Positions 1-9,559 of a DNA stretch of 64,000 nucleotides are shown one piece after another (within the stretch, counting starts at the first letter, position 1; every line of letters starts with the position of its first letter). The notes beneath the pieces were generated by a model that made no database searches, was not told the origin of the DNA, and saw nothing but the letters and a program-made list of their open reading frames with translations. The stretch lies in the NCBI GenBank assembly GCA_963789265.1, contig CAWBKB010000007.1, forward strand, positions 256,001 to 320,000, in the 5' to 3' direction. Both the position numbers and the translations under genes were made by a program. Source of the stretch: an uncultured delta proteobacterium (GTDB lineage: Bacteria > Desulfobacterota > Desulfomonilia > Desulfomonilales > Desulfomonilaceae).

Positions 1-1
1 G

Positions 2-148
2 GCTTTCTGCAGTCTGGCCGTGCTCTGGGATCGTATCCCCGACCATTCTGGAGCCAAGAAGACAGCCAAAGCAGTTCTGTTACTTCTCTTTTTCGGCAAT
101 GTGATGATGGGCCTACTACTGGGTGGCACGGGCTCGCTGTCTGGATAG
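2..148 (+). CDS. C-terminal fragment of a probable membrane protein (runs off the window start)
   Basis: Manual translation of frame 2: AFCSLAVLWDRIPDHSGAKKTAKAVLLLLFFGNVMMGLLLGGTGSLSG*, with a hydrophobic stretch. Confidence 0.3.
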   Translation, partial: AFCSLAVLWDRIPDHSGAKKTAKAVLLLLFFGNVMMGLLLGGTGSLSG

Positions 149-403
149 GCCAACGATGAGTCTTTGAGGGAGGCACCGCACCACGATATAGTGCTTTGCG
201 GACGGAGCGTGAGTGGGGTACGTATGAAAAAGCAGGAAGGCCGTTCACCTGAGCGAGTTGTTCTCGGTACGCGGAAATTAGGATGAAGAACCGTCGCTTG
301 ATCCTGTAAGTGCTCTTTTGGCTTGCGGTCGCAGCATATTTCGCGTCTCGCAGGACGGTGATCCCGCGTTCCGCGTGGATTGATCGCCTGGTGAACGGTA
401 ACC

Positions 404-1258
404 TTAATAATAGTATATGAGTTCCCCGAACCATCCGCCGATCACGACGTCGAAGTCGGTTGAACCCGAGGCGTCCTTGAAAGCTTGAGAACTTTGGAAC
501 TGCAAAGATGTCTGGCGATACCCCCCTTTGATGGCGACAGTCCCAAGCATGGTCTCGGGGCTTGCCAATCCTCCGGAGATCTCCCAATCGGTGACCTTTG
601 TCTCTGATATCGGCCAACGCGCACGCACTTCTAATAGGGGCGATATTCCCCAGAAGTTCATCACCGGGTTGTAAATCCCGTGAATGCCCATGGTTACGGC
701 TGCATTGCCGGTTATGCTCTTCCCGCCGGCGGTTTCAACGGATTCAGTAAAGTTGGGAGCGAACAAGTCGAAGTCCATGTCCACTCCAAAGCGGGTCCGG
801 CACCGCTGATAGAAATCCAGGTCCGCCCCAAGCCGCAATCCTGTATATGAGAATCTTGCAGTGGCTCCAGGTTGGCCGGGCACATTTTGAAAGCGTGATG
901 ATTTGGCGAAATCACTTATTTCATAGTAGAGTCGCCCAGATAGCCGGCTTAGCTGCACCCGTAGCATGTAGTCCAGGAAGAAGTGTCCGTCCGTCAAGTT
1001 GAAGGTGTCCCTGAGATCCCAGTCTTGCCCCAGGCTAGGTATAGTCTGCTTCCCGCTGACGATCCGGGCCCAAACTACCCTCCCTCTCATTTCTCCCTGG
1101 AGCCAGGGTAGGGAAATGACCGGAGAGAAACCGTCCAGGAGCCCTGACAATTCTTGGGCTCCGGCCGATGAAACTACGGCCGGCACCAACAACACGGCCC
1201 AAACTATGGCTGGGGCCAAATGAGACAGCGAACGGCGAAATAGACCCTTTATCGGCAT
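404..1258 (-). CDS. Exported hypothetical protein, probable outer-membrane beta-barrel
   Basis: Signal-peptide-like N-terminus (AIVWAVLLVPAVVSSAGA), alternating hydrophobic strands, aromatic C-terminus (GGWFGELIYYY). Confidence 0.55.
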   Translation of the reverse strand: MPIKGLFRRSLSHLAPAIVWAVLLVPAVVSSAGAQELSGLLDGFSPVISLPWLQGEMRGRVVWARIVSGKQTIPSLGQDWDLRDTFNLTDGHFFLDYMLRVQLSRLSGRLYYEISDFAKSSRFQNVPGQPGATARFSYTGLRLGADLDFYQRCRTRFGVDMDFDLFAPNFTESVETAGGKSITGNAAVTMGIHGIYNPVMNFWGISPLLEVRARWPISETKVTDWEISGGLASPETMLGTVAIKGGYRQTSLQFQSSQAFKDASGSTDFDVVIGGWFGELIYYY

Positions 1259-1339
1259 TCAGACCTCTTCTCTGGGTCTGTCCAAGGCATTACAGACGGG
1301 GGTATCTGTAGCCTCCCTTTTGCACAAAGTCAAGAATAT

Positions 1340-1390
1340 TTATGACATTAGATTAACGGATTATGACATATATTAAATGTTATAGGACAG
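1340..1390. promoter_or_regulatory. Direct repeats TTATGACAT 21 bp apart in the AT-rich region upstream of 404..1258
   Basis: TTATGACAT at 1340 and 1361, degenerate ATAGGACAG at 1382. Confidence 0.3.
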
Positions 1391-1529
1391 ATATATAAAA
1401 CAAGCCAGTGTAATATATGATTTATATCCTCCCCCAACTGTAGACTTGAACATCTGCATTTGCGGAAAACAGGCAGCCGGCGAGCATCAAGCCCCCCCCG
1501 TACACAACGGAGGAATCCGGCATAAGGCG

Positions 1530-2171
1530 CTATTCCGCTATGCAGGATAGATATTTCGTAATCAGATGGTCCAGTACTACGTGCACGTCCTCAACAGGAC
1601 CGTATTCACCATTGTCCGTCTCCACATGGATCACATGCCGAGCTATCTGTTTCATCTTCCCGCCGTCAAACCCGACTATGGCAACCGGCACTCCACCGTT
1701 TTGGTCTGCGTACTCGAGCGCTTTGACCGTGTTGGGCGAATTTCCGCTGGCCGAGATCCCTACCACCACGTCGCCGGGCCTCATCAAGTTTCTGAGCTGC
1801 CAATAAAAGATGTTTTCGTAACCTATGTCGTTGGCCAGGCACGTGATGAAAGCACTGTTGGATGTCAAGCTGACGCAGCGGAACGGTTTATGCCCTTCAG
1901 GGGACGCGCCGAACCCGAAATCGTTTGCGAAATGGCACGCCGTGGCCGCGCTGCCGCCGTTCCCGAGGAAAAAGATTGTGCTTCCTTTCGAACGGGCCTC
2001 CAGGAACAGATCGATAACACGTCCGATCGCTGTGCAATCAAGATCGCGCAGGATTCCTATGAGACGCTCCACGTACCCGCGGGCGAACTCAGGGCCGCTC
2101 ACGTTCCGCGAATCGCCTTTCCCCATGCTGGATATGTCCACAGCCTTTCGCGTCATATTACACCTCAACAT
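1530..2171 (-). CDS. gmhA: Phosphoheptose isomerase / SIS-domain sugar isomerase
   Basis: Motifs GNGGSAATACHF, ANDIGYENIF, GISASGNSPN, GFDGG, VEDVH. Confidence 0.85.
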   Translation of the reverse strand: MLRCNMTRKAVDISSMGKGDSRNVSGPEFARGYVERLIGILRDLDCTAIGRVIDLFLEARSKGSTIFFLGNGGSAATACHFANDFGFGASPEGHKPFRCVSLTSNSAFITCLANDIGYENIFYWQLRNLMRPGDVVVGISASGNSPNTVKALEYADQNGGVPVAIVGFDGGKMKQIARHVIHVETDNGEYGPVEDVHVVLDHLITKYLSCIAE

Positions 2172-2256
2172 TTCCGATGCGCCTTTTCAGCCACAGTTCC
2201 CGAGTCCCTTCCGAGTGGAAGAATCTCGCAGCAGTACCCCCATGGCTAGGTAATCG

Positions 2257-2452
2257 TTCACCGCGGAGAACGCAGAGACCGCGGAGAATTCTATTTTCTC
2301 CGAACGCTTATGCGAATTGTGTACAGCAGGTTCCAGTATGTGATCCCACGACGCGGGAAGGACAATGCCGACCTGACTGTACGCGCGGTGATTGACGTTG
2401 AATTGAACAAACTATCCTTTATCTCTGCGTTCTCTGCGGACTCTGCGGTGAA
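2257..2452. repeat. REP-like inverted pair (CACCGCAGAG-type family)
   Basis: TTCACCGCGGAGAACGCAGAGACCGCGGAG at 2257 and an imperfect inverse CTCTGCGTTCTCTGCGGACTCTGCGGTGAA ending at 2452. Confidence 0.65.
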
Positions 2453-2480
2453 TCTTGAGGCCCGCTGAACGGTCACATAG

Positions 2481-4500
2481 CTACTTTACCAATCTCTTTG
2501 CTTGGTTGGCAAAAACCGCTGACCCCAATGCCTTGGTCGGGACGGCCACTGGTCCCAAAGCAGCGGGCTGAACGGAAAAAACAGGATCGTATTCCGGAAC
2601 AATCTCTTTCAGAATGCGGCGTACTTCCGTTTCATCATTACCCGTTCGCACCATTTCCACAGCATTATCTATTTTCGCGATGATCTTGGAGCCCGGGGCG
2701 TCTATTTCGTTGAAAACCTTTATTTTAGCATGTGAGGTCGCGAGGCACTCTTCGCTATCCTGACATATTTCTTCCGACAACTTTTCACCAGGTCTAAGGC
2801 CGATAAATTCTATGGGAATTTCATCTTCTTGCTTTCCCGATAGCTGGAACAACTGGTGTACCAGGTCAACAATTCTGATTGGGTCACCCATATTCAGGAC
2901 CATGATCTGGCCGGACTTTCCAAGAGCGGTAGCTTGCAGTACCAGCGCGACCGCTTCCGGAATGGTCATGAAGTATCTGCGCATATCCGGATGGGTAATA
3001 GTAACAGGTCCTCCCCGGGCGATCTGGTCCATAAATATCGGGACCACGCTACCTTCGGAGGCAAGGACGTTTCCAAACCTCACTGATAGGAAGCGCGTGC
3101 GGCTTACGCGGCCAAATGCCTGACAGTAAATCTCACATACTCTCTTGGTTGCGCCCATGACGCTGATGGGATTAACGGCTTTGTCTGTCGATATCAACAA
3201 GAAGCGCGAGACGCCGAATTGATCCGAAGCCCTGGCCAGCGTCTGGACTCCTTCAACATTGTTCTTGAAGCACTCCACTGCATTGAGTTCCTGCATGGGA
3301 ACGTGCTTGTAGGCCGCGGCATGGAATACCAGGTCCGGACGTAACTTTTCAAATTCATTGTCAATTCTAGCCCGGTCCCTCACGTCGCACAACAGCGGGA
3401 TTACCACGCTGTCCGGAGCAAATTCCAGGAGCCGCCTGTGCACGAAAAATAAACTATTTTCGGAACGTTCCACTAATATAAGGCTCTTCGGCCTTCGTTT
3501 CAGGACCTGACGGCAGAGTTCGGACCCGATGCTCCCCCCCGCGCCTGTAACGAGAACAACTTTGCCCGCGATAAGGTTTCTGAACCTGCTCAGTATCTAT
3601 TTTGACTTCCTCGCGTCCAAGCAGGTCTGAGAGGGTGATATCCCTGAGCTGAGTCAGGGTTGATGATTCGGCTATGATTTCCACTAGAGAGGGCAAAGTC
3701 TTGACTGTTAAGTTTAAGTTCTTCAGAGTGTTATAAATGCGCTTCATCTGGGCGCGATTTGCAGAAGGAATGGCCACAATTACCAATTGGACCGGATTAT
3801 CCCGAATGTAATCCGGAATGTCTTCCACCTTGCCCTTTACTCTAATACCGTGAATCGTTAACCGCTGCTTTTTCGGATCGTCGTCGAAAATTGCCTCCAC
3901 TTGGAACTGCGACTCCGGATTTCGAATAATTTCACGAACGATCATCTCGCCGGCATCGCCTGCTCCGACCACCACCGCCCGCCGCCGCGTGCTGTTCGAA
4001 TCCCCGCGGCGGACATAGAGTCGAGCCCGCTCACGGAGAAGCCTCATGCCTACGCGGGCCCCACCGATCAGTACGGTGCTCGTGAAGAAGTCTATGAGAA
4101 TCACCCCTCTAGGAATTCGCAGATATTCCCGGATCATGGGCAACAAGAACAGCGCCAGGGCGCATATAAGGCCGTGCAGCAATAATGTCGGGATATCGCT
4201 CAGTCCCACATAGCGCCAGTTGGTGGAATGCGCTTTCAAAACATAAAAGAAGAATATCTTCAAAAAAACTACGTACGGTAATAGGAGCAAGCGCTGGTGA
4301 AAAAATTTGAACGGAACCCGAAAATCAAAGCGGAATTCGTAAGAAAACCAAAAGCTGATCGCAGCAAGAAGAACGATTATGGCGAAGAGCAAATGATTGA
4401 AATGAACGTACCGTCCTACAAAGCTCAAAGCCTTTTCGGCCTGTTTCAGGAGTCGATTTGTTGTAGACGGATTGTCCGGAACCGGCATCACAGATCTCAA
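2481..4500 (-). pseudogene. CapD/WbpM-type nucleoside-diphosphate sugar dehydratase split by a +1 frameshift (probably a sequencing error)
   Basis: ORFs 3454..4500 (TM helices, GAGDAG, DLLGRE) and 2481..3473 (HAAAYKHVP, STDKAVNP, MGATKR, RFGNVL). Removing one base of the run at 3577-3579 restores QNLIAGKVVLVTGAGGSIG. Confidence 0.85.
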
Positions 4501-4751
4501 ATTTGAAAGGAACCTCCCGGCGGGATCGGCTCAATAGCAGCTCAGCAAAGCCTACTCGACAAATTATGAACCGGTCGAACTGCAAAAGCAAGCCGCGTTT
4601 AACAACCGTTTTCTGCTCTCCGACTTGCTAATAATCTTGATAGCCCTAGAGTTCAAGAGTGCTTGATCATTTCTTTGCGGACAAGTAATCCTGTTATCGG
4701 CAGAATCATCGCAAGACAAGGACCAACCTTCGGCATCACGGAGCACATGAA

Positions 4752-5912
4752 TTGAACCAATTCGACTTTGAATCTCCGGCTGAAGATTCACCCGGTTTCA
4801 CCAAACTCGGCCCGGCTTCCAACGAAACCCTATCGGGTGTCGTCCGTCGGCTCGTAGCGGATTTAAGTACGGATCGACCTGTCGGTCCGGATCGTTGCAG
4901 CGATTGGACTACTCATCATATCTCAACGGCCTTGTCCCAAGGCATCGGCCCGTGGCTGTACAGGGCTCTTGAGGACCATCCCGAGGTTGAACTGGCGCCA
5001 GATTTCCGTGAGAGGCTCAGCCAGGCATACGCGCAATCCATGATTCACAGCCTTTCGAACCAAGCGTGTTTTCGAGAAGTTGTTGCCTTTTTTGCGAGGG
5101 AACAGATACCTGTGTTGGCCCTCAAGGGGGTCTATCTCGGGACTTTTGTTTACAGAAACCCTGCTCTCAGGCCGATGTGCGATCTGGATTTGTTGGTACG
5201 CGAGGAACATTTTGCTCAGGCGAGGAAGCTCTTGGACAAGCTGGGATTCGGGATCGGCGCGGAGCCGCTACAAGGGGCGTACAGTAAATTGCAGCCCGCA
5301 CTGGCTTATATTCGGCCGGGAACGATTCCGTGCGCAGTGGATCTTCACAGCGCACTTTTATCAATGGATTACTACAGCTTCCCTTCTTCGCTCGTTTGGC
5401 AAGACGCGGTGGAGGGCCAACTTTATGGGCAGCCTGTATTCTTCCTGTCAAACGAGCTTAATTTTATCCATCTGGGAATCCATACGCTGACCCACCTCAA
5501 TCTGATACGTGACTGGCTCGATCTGATTCTTTTTTTGCGCCGTATTACCCTTGACTGGGACAGGCTGGCCTCGTTAGCGGGATCGCTTGGCGTCTTGAGG
5601 CCGTTGTATTGGGTTTTTCGCGACCTTAATGAAAAATGGGGGGTCCTGGCACCGAAGCGGTTTGTCGGTTCACTCGCCGCTTATGTCCCGGCACGCATGG
5701 AAGACCGGGTAATCCGGCACAGATTCAGGTACATCTGGCGAATAGTGGCTAGACTCCGACTCCTCCCTAGTTGGGAACTTCGACTACGGTATTTGCGTAT
5801 GAGGATATTCTCTCCGGCCGGTCAAGGGGACCAAGCGTTGGGGCTGCGAGGGCGCCTAATGTTCGTATTATCTAAAGTGAACTTGCTGGTGGCCTTTTTC
5901 CGGCGGCGCTGA
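4752..5912 (+). CDS. Nucleotidyltransferase (NTP_transf_5-like), lasso-cluster-associated type
   Basis: LALKG...Y.NPALRPMCDLDLLV, VDLH and RDWLDL motifs; converges on the lasso operon. Confidence 0.8.
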   Translation: MNQFDFESPAEDSPGFTKLGPASNETLSGVVRRLVADLSTDRPVGPDRCSDWTTHHISTALSQGIGPWLYRALEDHPEVELAPDFRERLSQAYAQSMIHSLSNQACFREVVAFFAREQIPVLALKGVYLGTFVYRNPALRPMCDLDLLVREEHFAQARKLLDKLGFGIGAEPLQGAYSKLQPALAYIRPGTIPCAVDLHSALLSMDYYSFPSSLVWQDAVEGQLYGQPVFFLSNELNFIHLGIHTLTHLNLIRDWLDLILFLRRITLDWDRLASLAGSLGVLRPLYWVFRDLNEKWGVLAPKRFVGSLAAYVPARMEDRVIRHRFRYIWRIVARLRLLPSWELRLRYLRMRIFSPAGQGDQALGLRGRLMFVLSKVNLLVAFFRRR

Positions 5913-5924
5913 TTTGGAGCTTCG

Positions 5925-5986
5925 TAGTGGGACAGGCTTCCAGCCTGTCATTTTGTTGATAGACAGGCAAGATGCCTGTCCCACTA
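5925..5986. repeat. REP-like palindrome (GTGGGACAGGC family)
   Basis: TAGTGGGACAGGCTTCCAGCCTGTC...GACAGGCAAGATGCCTGTCCCACTA between convergent genes; same family as 11185..11237. Confidence 0.75.
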
Positions 5987-6059
5987 ATACAATGGCATAG
6001 GATCAGCGTTTGTTGATCTCGATCTAACGACGCTTTTCCTGAATTATGAATTGGACCTC

Positions 6060-7865
6060 TCAGCTTGCCGTCTTTTCCAACAGGCCGCGACTCTTGAACT
6101 TGTCCTTAAACACTTCCGGCAGCCTCACGGCCTGCACTTCTTTGGTGCCGTGTTTCTTGAACAACACCTGACAACCGGCATGTTCTCTTATTTTTGGTAT
6201 AAATTTGAAGCGACTTGCCTTAGCCTCACTAATGAATCCAAGCACGTCGTGAGAGAATTCCTCCACAAGCATTTGCCGGTCCACGGTTTCGGCGGTGCCG
6301 GCTGCATGCCAGGTCAAATCGAATTTTATGAAGTCGTGGATCGGGTGGTCTTCGAAGCCCAGGTCGTTCACCACTTGCCTGACGAAGACAGAAATAGCGG
6401 CCAAAGAGTGCGAGTCGCCCAAGTGGTTGAAGATGTTGTCGGATGGAAGCTCCAAATCGACTATCCGTTCAAGAAGACTATCCGGATATCCCAATTGCGC
6501 GTCTCTCAATAGCAAGAAAGCCGTGTAACGCATGTGCAACAGGTTGAGCATTAGATACGTGACCCGGACGAAAAGCTCTCTGTCAAGATGCTCAGGAACG
6601 TAATGATAAAGCGTTGAAAACACCTGAGGGTACTTCTTTATAAACTCCATATCCACCGGAGTGGATGGGTAAACGGAGAAATCCGATAGATGTTGGTCTA
6701 TGGCAAGGGAGTGCCCGTACTGCTCGTACAATGGGCTCCCTGGAAAAGGCACGAGCAGGCGGAGATGCAAGGCGGCTTCGTCCCTATCTCCGGAGAAATA
6801 TATCTCGAGCATAAGACTCATAGTTTGGGCTACATCCTCGATCCGTTCCCGAGGAAAGCCCACGATAAATCCGCACGTGGCCAAGATGCCCAGTTCGCAG
6901 GCTTTGCGGACGATTTCGGGCGCGCGATTCAGCTTCAACTTCTTATTCACGATCTTCTGCATTCGGGGCGAGCCTGTTTCGATGCCGAAGAATATTTCAT
7001 CGCACCCTGCCTCGGCCATTTTAGAGAGCACTTCGTCGTCCACAGTGTCGACTCTTGAGAAACAGCTCCACGGTCTGCAAAGATTTTCTTCTACCAGGGC
7101 ATCGCATAGGTCGAGCAGCCACCTGCGATTCAGCGTCAAGAGATCATGCTCGAACCTAAGCTTCTTGGCTCCGAAATCGGCAACGATCTTCTTCACTATT
7201 TTGATTACGTTTTCCACAGACCTTTGGCGAAATCTTCCTTCAGCCATTTTGTTGGAAACACAATAGGAACATCTGAACGGACATCCACGACCCACGTCGA
7301 TGGGAATGTATTCCATCAACCCCATGGAGGGAAACAGACTGTAGTCGGGCAGAGGAAGAGTGTTCAAATCTCGTACAGGAGAGGCGTCGGGAGTTCTCAC
7401 TATCTTTCCGGCGTGACGCAATGTCAGTCCCGGGACCGACAGCAGGGCTTCCGGGTCGTCAAGCGATGCGATAATTCTGCCAATCGTATGATCGCATTCT
7501 CCTCGAACTACAACATCTACTTGTGGGAACACTTCTATGGTTTCCCTGTCTGTGTTGGAGGCCTGAACCCCTCCGAAGAGGATCTTGACGTTGGGTCTTT
7601 GTTCCTTAACAATTCCTGCGAATTTGACCAGGTCGAAATAGAAATTGCACCATGCGGAAAAGCCAACCACATCGGGGCCACGTGAAATAATCGTGCCAGG
7701 GACATCGGAAAAAGTTGGGTTTGAGCTTATGGCGTTTATATCAAGGATCTCGACGCCAAAACCGTCTTTGTGTAGCACTGTCGCCAGAGAAAGAAGGCCC
7801 AAGGGAACGTACGGCTCCGGACCTTTTTCTTTCAAAATAGGATTTGGAATGAGGAGAATCTTCAT
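6060..7865 (-). CDS. Cobalamin-binding radical SAM protein (class B methyltransferase-like)
   Basis: B12-binding N-domain (PLGLLSLA, DVVGFS, GGVQAS, VVRGECD), GRGCPFRCSYC, FGIETGS; its ATG overlaps the kinase-frame stop at 7862. Confidence 0.9.
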   Translation of the reverse strand: MKILLIPNPILKEKGPEPYVPLGLLSLATVLHKDGFGVEILDINAISSNPTFSDVPGTIISRGPDVVGFSAWCNFYFDLVKFAGIVKEQRPNVKILFGGVQASNTDRETIEVFPQVDVVVRGECDHTIGRIIASLDDPEALLSVPGLTLRHAGKIVRTPDASPVRDLNTLPLPDYSLFPSMGLMEYIPIDVGRGCPFRCSYCVSNKMAEGRFRQRSVENVIKIVKKIVADFGAKKLRFEHDLLTLNRRWLLDLCDALVEENLCRPWSCFSRVDTVDDEVLSKMAEAGCDEIFFGIETGSPRMQKIVNKKLKLNRAPEIVRKACELGILATCGFIVGFPRERIEDVAQTMSLMLEIYFSGDRDEAALHLRLLVPFPGSPLYEQYGHSLAIDQHLSDFSVYPSTPVDMEFIKKYPQVFSTLYHYVPEHLDRELFVRVTYLMLNLLHMRYTAFLLLRDAQLGYPDSLLERIVDLELPSDNIFNHLGDSHSLAAISVFVRQVVNDLGFEDHPIHDFIKFDLTWHAAGTAETVDRQMLVEEFSHDVLGFISEAKASRFKFIPKIREHAGCQVLFKKHGTKEVQAVRLPEVFKDKFKSRGLLEKTAS

Positions 7866-8774
7866 GTTTTTCCGGTCTTATCGGCTTGCGCTCCATTCAA
7901 AATGCCCTGCTCCAGCAGTTGCACCACATCTGACATAGTCGCGGCAGAGCGCGGTCTTATCAATCGCAGCGTCGGCACCCTTTCACACAGCTTCGCACAT
8001 TGATGGAAGTAGGACCCGGGCCTGGCATCATGCATCAGGCGAATCCAGTACCGAGTGGCGGACCAACTCAAACACCGCTCTATGGCGACTCACGTTTTCG
8101 ACCCGAACTGAAGGACCCTCCTCTAGGATGTACAAACGATACAGCGGCACGGCGTGTTGAGAAAATTCACCAGAAAATCGCCATGTAATCTTTTCTTCAA
8201 GAGGGTGTAATCCTTGGCTTTCTTGCGTAGAGCAACCAAAATGTTTCGCAGCATCGGGGAGAAGTTGTAGACCTGGAAAGCCGGGATATACCGACGCACC
8301 TGCACCGCCGACATCCACCACGGTGACGTCATCAGCTATCACTGCGTGGCCTCTGGAATGCAGAGCGGCTGCTATGAATGATTTTCCCGCGGTAGAGTCG
8401 CCCAGGAAGGCAACCGCGCCGCAGCCTAAATTCACGCAACTCGCGTGCAGAGTAACGTAACCCCGTTGATGGAGCAAAATAGAAAGGCCCAGAGTCTGGG
8501 CCAGCCCACCGAGCAATTTAATGTCACTTCCCGGTGCGGGTTGGCCTATGATTTCACGGCCATGGCTGACTCGGCATCGGCCCATCTTGTGGTAGGAGAA
8601 ATAGGCATCATCGGATTTGAGCTGCAGACACAAAGGGGTACCTACATCAGTAGGCCCCAGGGGCTCGGGCTTTCCAAGACGCATAACCACGTCGGCAGGG
8701 GCTTCCTGCTCGATCAAATCGGGGAGCGCAATGTCGCATTGAATCCCCATTCCATAAGCAAGATAGGAATACAT
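7862..8774 (-). CDS. HPr-kinase-like lasso peptide kinase (+1 frameshift at about 8051, probably artefactual)
   Basis: LHASCV, Walker A GDSTAGKS, ADDV. Removing the extra G in CAC TCG G TAC joins ...ELVRHS to YWIRL...HQCAKL...RLIRPRS. The ATG overlaps the precursor stop (TGATG). Confidence 0.8.
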
Positions 8775-8938
8775 CAAGAATGGTTCCCAAGACCTTGCTC
8801 GTTTTGGCCTCCCTGGCCCGTGTGCTCTGTAAGCCTCTCAACCGCGCCATGGACAATCAGCTCGGGGGGCGTGTACGGCTTCTTGGTCTGGGCGTCTTTG
8901 GTTTCCGAGGCGGGAAATTCCTCTTGATCCCGTGTCAC
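8774..8938 (-). CDS. Lasso peptide precursor (54 aa)
   Basis: RBS AAAGGAG then GTG: MTRDQEEFPASETKDAQTKKPYTPPELIVHGAVERLTE-HTGQGGQNEQGLGNHS. Leader YxxPxL...G...T motif, Glu9 acceptor, C-terminal Ser. Confidence 0.85.
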   Translation of the reverse strand: MTRDQEEFPASETKDAQTKKPYTPPELIVHGAVERLTEHTGQGGQNEQGLGNHS

Positions 8939-9009
8939 GGGGCTGGCTCCTTTCGTCCATTTGTTGCGGTGGACTTTTTCCCAATACATATTGATTATAG
9001 GGTTGATTC

Positions 9010-9076
9010 TCGAGTGTGACAAGCGGACTGTCGTCTCTAAACATGTGACGCACCGGATGACATCTTCACTCCGCAT
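9010..9076 (-). pseudogene. 5' remnant of a HEPN (DUF86) toxin gene
   Basis: MRSEDVIR followed, after a 1-nt shift, by RHMF; resembles the DxxRLxHM start of DUF86 and lies directly after the MNT gene. Confidence 0.5.
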
Positions 9077-9083
9077 ATTGGAC

Positions 9084-9371
9084 CTATGCAGAAGCCACTA
9101 CTTGGTCACGGAAGTACTTGCTAAGATCTCGTGCGGTTCGTAAGTCAACTTTTCGTCCGCCCAAGAGTTCGGATAGCTCTCGTTCCATTCCGGCGATCCG
9201 AAGCAAACCGGGAATGTGTTCCGGATCAAACTCCACAAGAAAGTCTATATCGCTCTCCGGCCCGAAGTCCTCTCGCAAGTACGATCCGAATACGGACAGT
9301 TTCCGGATGTGATGGATTCTACAGAACTCTTCGATGAAATTCTTGGGAATGTCGGGACGCTGTCTGTCCAT
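9084..9371 (-). CDS. Minimal nucleotidyltransferase (MNT antitoxin)
   Basis: [39 protein letters not shown]. The TAG at 9084 looks premature because the frame continues VQYAE*. Confidence 0.8.
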   Translation of the reverse strand: MDRQRPDIPKNFIEEFCRIHHIRKLSVFGSYLREDFGPESDIDFLVEFDPEHIPGLLRIAGMERELSELLGGRKVDLRTARDLSKYFRDQVVASA

Positions 9372-9450
9372 GTTATCCCTCCGTCGGATATTACTTCGGT
9401 AAATTGCAGCAAAACAGCACTGACCTGGCGTCGGGGACGCTGCCAAGTCA

Positions 9451-9506
9451 GTGGCACCCAACATCCGGTCCTGGGTGCCACGGATCTGGGCTTTGCCAGA
9501 TCCGTG
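9451..9506. repeat. Two adjoining hairpins (REP-like)
   Basis: GTGGCACCCA...TGGGTGCCAC and ACGGATCTGG...CCAGATCCGT. Confidence 0.5.
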
Positions 9507-9559
9507 CTGGATTTAGCTGATTCTTCATTGTATGATCGCGAAATGATATAACACTGGCT

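Noticed and set aside
8939..9076. The first 46 residues of the 100-aa ORF as part of the lasso leader
   Set aside because: A strong RBS precedes the GTG at 8938, and the upstream part derives from the HEPN remnant.
9084..9371. MNT as a second lasso tailoring nucleotidyltransferase
   Set aside because: It is a typical minimal MNT antitoxin followed by a DUF86-like remnant.
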